Shown here: in pieces, positions 59,558 through 64,000 of the stretch
Layout of the letters: each line of letters begins with the position of its first letter
Position numbering within the stretch: the first letter of the stretch is position 1
Origin: an uncultured Gemmatimonadales bacterium
GTDB lineage: Bacteria > Gemmatimonadota > Gemmatimonadetes > Longimicrobiales > RSA9
Reading direction: 5' to 3'
Assembly: GCA_963816355.1 (NCBI GenBank)
Contig: CAWFKH010000001.1
Coordinates: 576,001-640,000 of the forward strand
DNA: 64,000 nt
Translations under genes and position numbers: made by a program
The notes under the pieces: model-generated
The model's input: the letters and a program-made list of their open reading frames with translations, nothing else
Told to the model about the DNA's origin: nothing
The model's database searches: none

Positions 59558-60346
59558 GTGGCGCGCGCGATCTGGAAGGGCGTCGTCGGCTTCGGCGACG
59601 TGGCGGTGCCGGTCAAGCTGTACGCGGCGGTGGAGGACCGGAAGGTGCATTTCCGCCTGCTGCACGAGCGCGATCGCGTGCCGGTGAAGCAGCGCATGGT
59701 GAATCCGGCTACGGGCAATGTCGTGCCGTACGAGCAGATGCGGCGCGGCTTCGAGACGGACGACGGCGCCTTCGTCGTCCTGGACGAGGCGGACCTGGCG
59801 GAGCTGGAGCCGGAGCCGTCGCGCGCGATCGACGTGACGCGCTTCGTTCCGCCGTCGGAGATCGACCACCGCTGGTACGACCGGCCCTACTTCCTCGGCC
59901 CGGACGGAGACGACGGCGCCTACTTCGCGCTCGCGGCGGCGCTGCGGAAGGAGGATCGGGAGGGCGTCGCGCGCTGGGTGATGCGGAAGAAGGAGTACGT
60001 CGGCGCGCTGCGCACGGAGGGCGACTACCTGATGCTGATCACGCTGCGGCACGCCGGCGAGGTGGTGGCGGCGTCGTCGCTGCCGAAGCCGAAGGGGCGC
60101 GCTCCGGCAAAGGGCGAGCTGGCGATGGCCCGTCAGCTCGTCGGCCTGCTGGAGGACGATTTCGACCCCACCGGGTTCCACGACGAGTACCGCGAGCGTG
60201 TCCTGGCGCTGATCGAAGCGAAGGCGAGCGGCCGCGCCGTGCCGCTGCGTCGCCCGCCCGAGAAGGAGGCGGCGCCGGAGTCGCTGGAGGACGTGCTCCG
60301 CGCCAGCGTCGAGGGCGCGAAGCGGGGGCGGGCCCATGCCGCGTGA
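59558..60346 (+). CDS. ku: Non-homologous end-joining Ku protein (short)
   Basis: ARAIWKGVVGFGDVAVPVKLY, YDRPYFLGPD, FHDEYRERV. Confidence 0.92.
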   Translation: MARAIWKGVVGFGDVAVPVKLYAAVEDRKVHFRLLHERDRVPVKQRMVNPATGNVVPYEQMRRGFETDDGAFVVLDEADLAELEPEPSRAIDVTRFVPPSEIDHRWYDRPYFLGPDGDDGAYFALAAALRKEDREGVARWVMRKKEYVGALRTEGDYLMLITLRHAGEVVAASSLPKPKGRAPAKGELAMARQLVGLLEDDFDPTGFHDEYRERVLALIEAKASGRAVPLRRPPEKEAAPESLEDVLRASVEGAKRGRAHAA

Positions 60347-61514
60347 GGCGCCGGACCGCGGCGCGACGAACCGCGGCGCGACGAACCGCGGCGCGACGAA
60401 CCGCGGCGCGACGAACCGCGGCCTGCGCAATCCGGACGGTACAGGCGACGCCACGGACGCCTCTCCGCGCGCGCGCGCCTTCTGGTCCGGCACGATCAGC
60501 TTCGGCCTGGTGAGCGTGCCGGTTGACCTCTACCCGGCGAACCGGTCGGGGCGCGTGTCGCTGCGCATGCTGGCGCCGGATGGCACGCCGTTGCGACGCC
60601 GCTACTTCTGCCCCGAGGACGACCGCGAGATTCCGGGCGACGCGATCGTCCGCGGCTACGAGATCGAGAAGGGCGAGTTCGTCGTCGTGAGCGACGAGGA
60701 GCTCAACTCTCTGGCGCCGGAGAAGACGCGCGACATCGACCTGCAGCGGTTCGTCGACGCGGACGCCATCGACCCGATCTACTTCGACCGCGGCTATTTC
60801 CTCACGCCGGCCGGCGCATCGACGAAGGCGTACCGCCTGCTCGCGGCCACGATGGAGGAGGAGGGAAAGGCGGGGATCGCGACGTTCGTCATGCGCGCCA
60901 AGGAGTACCTCGTCGCGATCCTCGCCGAGGGCGGCATCCTGCGCGCCGAGACGCTCCGCTTCGCCGACGAGGTGCGCGACGCCGCCGACGTCGGGCTGCC
61001 GGAGCCGGAGCGGCCGCCGGCGGCGCGCGTGCGCGCGATCGGAAGGGCGATCCGCGCCAGCGAGGCGGCGCGGCTCGACGCGGCGGAGCTCGAGGACCGG
61101 GAGTCGGAGCGGCTCCTCGATCGGGTCGAGCGGAAGCGGCGCGCGGGCGAGAATGTCGTGCGTCCGGAAGCGGCGGAGGCGGAGCCTGAGACCGAGGTGA
61201 TCGACCTGATGCAGGTGCTCAAGCGCAGCCTGAGCGGCGCGGCCGCCGAAGCGGGTGGCGGATCGCGCGCGGCGCGCCGCGCCGGCCGCTCCGGCGGTGG
61301 CCGGGCGGACCGCTCCGACGATGGCCGGGCGGACCGCTCCGGCGATGGCCGGGCGCGTCGCTCCGGCGGTGGCCGGGCGGACCGCTCCGGCGCCGCGGCG
61401 CTGCGCGACCTGACGAAGGCGGAGCTGTACGAGCGCGCGAAGCGGCTGGAGATCCCGGGGCGCAGCGGCATGTCGAAGGCGGATCTCGTCGAGGCGATCC
61501 GCCGCAGTGCGTGA
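60336..61514 (+). CDS. ku: Ku protein with repeat-rich termini and C-terminal Rho_N-like helical domain
   Basis: RAFWSGTISFGLVSVPV, IVRGYE, YFDRGYFL, VIDLMQVLKRSL, LTKAELYERAKRLEIPGRSGMSKADLVEAI. Confidence 0.92.
   Translation: MPREAPDRGATNRGATNRGATNRGATNRGLRNPDGTGDATDASPRARAFWSGTISFGLVSVPVDLYPANRSGRVSLRMLAPDGTPLRRRYFCPEDDREIPGDAIVRGYEIEKGEFVVVSDEELNSLAPEKTRDIDLQRFVDADAIDPIYFDRGYFLTPAGASTKAYRLLAATMEEEGKAGIATFVMRAKEYLVAILAEGGILRAETLRFADEVRDAADVGLPEPERPPAARVRAIGRAIRASEAARLDAAELEDRESERLLDRVERKRRAGENVVRPEAAEAEPETEVIDLMQVLKRSLSGAAAEAGGGSRAARRAGRSGGGRADRSDDGRADRSGDGRARRSGGGRADRSGAAALRDLTKAELYERAKRLEIPGRSGMSKADLVEAIRRSA
60356..60422. repeat. 15-bp perfect tandem repeat x4 (encodes RGATN)
   Basis: CCGCGGCGCGACGAA at 60356, 60371, 60386, 60401. 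Confidence 0.95.
61287..61391. repeat. 24-bp tandem repeat x4 (RSGGGRAD-like)
   Basis: CGCTCCGGCGGTGGCCGGGCGGAC and variants. Confidence 0.9.
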
Positions 61515-61526
61515 TATGTTGGGCGC

Positions 61527-62678
61527 ATGAGAGCGGCGATCTTCCGCGAGCACGGCGGCCCGGACGTGGTCCGCATCGAGGACGTCGAGCGTCCCGCGCC
61601 CGGTCCCGGCGAGGTGCTGGTCGAGGTGCGCGCGGCGGCGCTGAACCACCTCGACCTGTGGGTGCGCCGCGGCTTGCCGGTGGAGACGGTGATGCCGCAC
61701 ATCGGCGGCGCCGATGTCGCCGGCGTCGTCGCGGAGTTGGGGCCGGGGGTGACGAGCGGCGGCGCGGGCTCGGCGGCAGACGCGGGCTCGGCGGCAGGCG
61801 CGGGCTCGGCGGCAGGCGCGGGCTCGGCGGCAGACGCGGGCTCGGCGGCAGGCGCGGGCTCGGCGGCAGGCGAGAGCGTCGTGGCGCCCGCACCCGGGAC
61901 CCGCGTCGTCGTCAATCCCTCCCTCTGGTGCGGCGCGTGCGAATGGTGCGTGCGTGGCGAGCACCCGCTGTGCGAGCGCTTCCGCATCCTCGGCGAGCAC
62001 ACGCAGGGCGGCTTCGCGGAGTACGTCGTCGTCCCGGCGCGCAACCTGCTGCCGATTCCGGACGACGTCGACTGGGCGAGCGCCGCGGCCGCTCCGCTCG
62101 TCTATCAGACGGCGTGGCGGGGGCTGGTTACGCGCGCCGGGCTGCGCGCCGGCGAGGACGTGCTGATCACCGGCGCGTCGGGCGGCGTGGCGACGGCCGC
62201 GATCCAGATCGCGAAGCTGTGCGGGGCGCGCGTCTTCGCCGTCACGTCCACGGCCACTCTCGAGCGCGTGCGCGATCTGGGCGCCGACGTCGTGTTCGAC
62301 CGCACGGCGGTCGACGCGAGCCGCGAGGTGTGGGCGGCGACCGGCAAGCGCGGCGTGGACATCGTATTCGATTCGGTCGGCGAGGCGATGTGGAAGGGGA
62401 ACGTGCGCGCGCTGGCGAAGAACGGCCGGCTGGTCGCCTACGGCGCGACGACCGGCCCCGACGCGCGGCTCGACATCCGGCTGCTCTTCTGGAAGCAGTT
62501 GCGGGTGATCGGCACGACGATGGCGACGCGCGCCGAGTTCGAGCGTGTCATGGCGCTCGTGCTGCGCGGCGAGCTGCGGCCGGCGGTCGACGTCGTGTGG
62601 CCGCTCGAGCGGGCGCGCGAAGCGCACGAGCGGCTGGAGGCGGGCGATCAGTTCGGCAAGATCGTCCTGACGCCATAG
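61527..62678 (+). CDS. Zinc-binding alcohol dehydrogenase/quinone reductase family with internal repeat insertion
   Basis: ALNHLDLW, CGACEWC...C, TGASGGV, YGATTG, FGKIVL. Confidence 0.9.
   Translation: MRAAIFREHGGPDVVRIEDVERPAPGPGEVLVEVRAAALNHLDLWVRRGLPVETVMPHIGGADVAGVVAELGPGVTSGGAGSAADAGSAAGAGSAAGAGSAADAGSAAGAGSAAGESVVAPAPGTRVVVNPSLWCGACEWCVRGEHPLCERFRILGEHTQGGFAEYVVVPARNLLPIPDDVDWASAAAAPLVYQTAWRGLVTRAGLRAGEDVLITGASGGVATAAIQIAKLCGARVFAVTSTATLERVRDLGADVVFDRTAVDASREVWAATGKRGVDIVFDSVGEAMWKGNVRALAKNGRLVAYGATTGPDARLDIRLLFWKQLRVIGTTMATRAEFERVMALVLRGELRPAVDVVWPLERAREAHERLEAGDQFGKIVLTP
61763..61870. repeat. 18-bp tandem repeat x6, in frame
   Basis: CGCGGGCTCGGCGGCAGR with R pattern A,G,G,A,G,G. 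Confidence 0.95.
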
Positions 62679-62801
62679 CGGGGCGCGGCGTCGCGCGGCG
62701 CCAGCGGACGTGCCGCACGCGGCGGACGTGCGGCGCCCGGCGGGCGTGCCGCGTGCGTCGCTCGAACGCGTCGCCCATCCCTCGCCGGGCCCCCGGCAGC
62801 G

Positions 62802-63887
62802 TCAGCGGATCAGCGGGTTCCTCGGATAGATCGGGTAGTAGACGGCGTCGAGCGGGACGTGGCCGCCGGGCCAGTCGGCCGCCTTGTGCGCGAACACGGG
62901 GCGCGGCTTCGAGTTCACGTACGCCGCGATCTGCTGCGCCTCCACGTCGCTGAGCGTGCCCGGCGCGGTGAGCGGCATGGCGTAGCGGATGAAGCCCGCC
63001 ATCGTGTACACGCGCGCCATGCCGGCGCCGTCGCTCCACGAGCCGGGGCCCCACAGCGGGCCGGGCCGCGCGCCGGCGATCTCGCGACCCTGCCCGTCCT
63101 CGCCGTGGCACATCGAGCACTTGATCGCGAAGAGGCGCGCGCCCGCGGCGGGGTCGAGCGAGTCGATCGCGATGCGGTGCTCGCGCGCGATCACGTTGCG
63201 GCCGCGCCACGGCGGGCTCCGCATCAGCGGCTGCCCCTCCGACAGCCACGTGACGTAGGCGGAGAGGGCGAGCAGCTCCTCGCTGTCGTACGGGGGCGGC
63301 GTGCCCGCCTCGCTGCGTGCGAAGCAGCCGCGGATGCGGTCCTCGAGGCTCGCGATGCGCGCCGACCGCGGGCGGTAGAGCGGGAAGACGCCGGCCGAGC
63401 CGACGAGCGGCAGCCCCAGCTCGCGCTGCCCGGCGTTGAGGTGGCAGTTCGAGCACGCGAGCGCGTTGCCCACCCAGCGGCGCGCCAGCCGCGGCGTGTT
63501 CGTGAAGACCGCGTAGCCGAGCTGGATGCGACGCGCCAGCGCCGTGTCCGCCGGCAACGCATCGCGCGACGGGTCCATGTGGCGCACGGCCACGCTGTCG
63601 AGCGGGGCGCTCGCCGCCACCAGCCGGCCGCGCAGCGCGTCGAACGGCGACGGCGCGGCGGAGGTGCGCGCCGGGGCCGCGGGAGCCGCCTCCGTCTGCG
63701 CGGTCGGGGGCGCGTCGCTGGTGGGGGCGCACGCGGAGAGCGCCGCCGCGGCCGCGAGCGCGAGGACGGCGGCGCGCGCGAGGATGGCGGCCCGCGCCGC
63801 GACGCCGGCGCGCGCGCGGGCTGCCGCGGCGGCCGTCCGGCGCGCGTCCCCGGCCGCGGTCGGTGTGCGGGCGGCCGGCGCGCTCAC
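62802..63887 (-). CDS. tsdA: Diheme c-type cytochrome, thiosulfate dehydrogenase TsdA-like lipoprotein
   Basis: CSNCH and CSMCH heme motifs, RIRGCFARS Cys, PLWG..SW.DGAGM, FIRYAMP; lipobox LSAC. Confidence 0.75.
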   Translation of the reverse strand: MSAPAARTPTAAGDARRTAAAAARARAGVAARAAILARAAVLALAAAAALSACAPTSDAPPTAQTEAAPAAPARTSAAPSPFDALRGRLVAASAPLDSVAVRHMDPSRDALPADTALARRIQLGYAVFTNTPRLARRWVGNALACSNCHLNAGQRELGLPLVGSAGVFPLYRPRSARIASLEDRIRGCFARSEAGTPPPYDSEELLALSAYVTWLSEGQPLMRSPPWRGRNVIAREHRIAIDSLDPAAGARLFAIKCSMCHGEDGQGREIAGARPGPLWGPGSWSDGAGMARVYTMAGFIRYAMPLTAPGTLSDVEAQQIAAYVNSKPRPVFAHKAADWPGGHVPLDAVYYPIYPRNPLIR

Positions 63888-64000
63888 GGCGTGCGCTTCG
63901 GCGTCCAGCGGTCGGCGTCGCGGACCCGGTACTTGTCGAGGACCCATCGTAGCGCCTCCTCCAGGTCGATCCCCTGCTGGTTGGCGATGGCGATCACCAC
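63884..64000 (-). CDS. C-terminus of a MazG-like nucleotide pyrophosphohydrolase (partial)
   Basis: VVIAIANQQGIDLEEALRWVLDKYRVRDADRW then stop. Confidence 0.7.
   Translation of the reverse strand: MVIAIANQQGIDLEEALRWVLDKYRVRDADRWTPKRTP

Noticed and set aside
60581..60595. Sigma-54-like TGGCAC...TTGC inside ku2
   Set aside because: The spacing is one base short (N4) and the site is intragenic.
62700..62762. Degenerate 18-bp GCGGACGTGC-type repeats between convergent genes
   Set aside because: Too short and degenerate to support a functional call beyond the general slippage pattern already reported.

Overview
Very GC-rich, gene-dense bacterial chromosomal window. It is most likely Gemmatimonadota-like, which is an inference from composition and gene content. 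It holds about 57 CDS and no recognisable rRNA, tRNA, CRISPR array, integrase or transposase. Housekeeping and metabolic genes include trpE, tdh-kbl, threonine dehydratase, ftsH, queE, proline dehydrogenase, an ABC/HlyD/TolC exporter, a PAS-GAF histidine kinase and OmpA with a consensus sigma-54 promoter. The standout locus is an ~11 kb minus-strand operon (44142-55122). It carries a PaaX regulator, the central anaerobic benzoyl-CoA dearomatisation set (oah, dch, four class I reductase subunits, had) and, directly after these, a hemerythrin-like protein and cytochrome bd (cydAB). This looks like an O2-sensitive pathway carrying its own O2-protection module. One reductase ATPase subunit has a 1-bp frameshift. 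Other notable features are a four-copy non-coding repeat family with terminal inverted repeats and a conserved hairpin, two long orphan hairpins, tandem Ku genes behind an 8-Cys zinc-finger gene, many in-frame tandem-repeat expansions, and abrupt local C-to-G skew switches. All calls come from motif recognition by eye. No searches were run.
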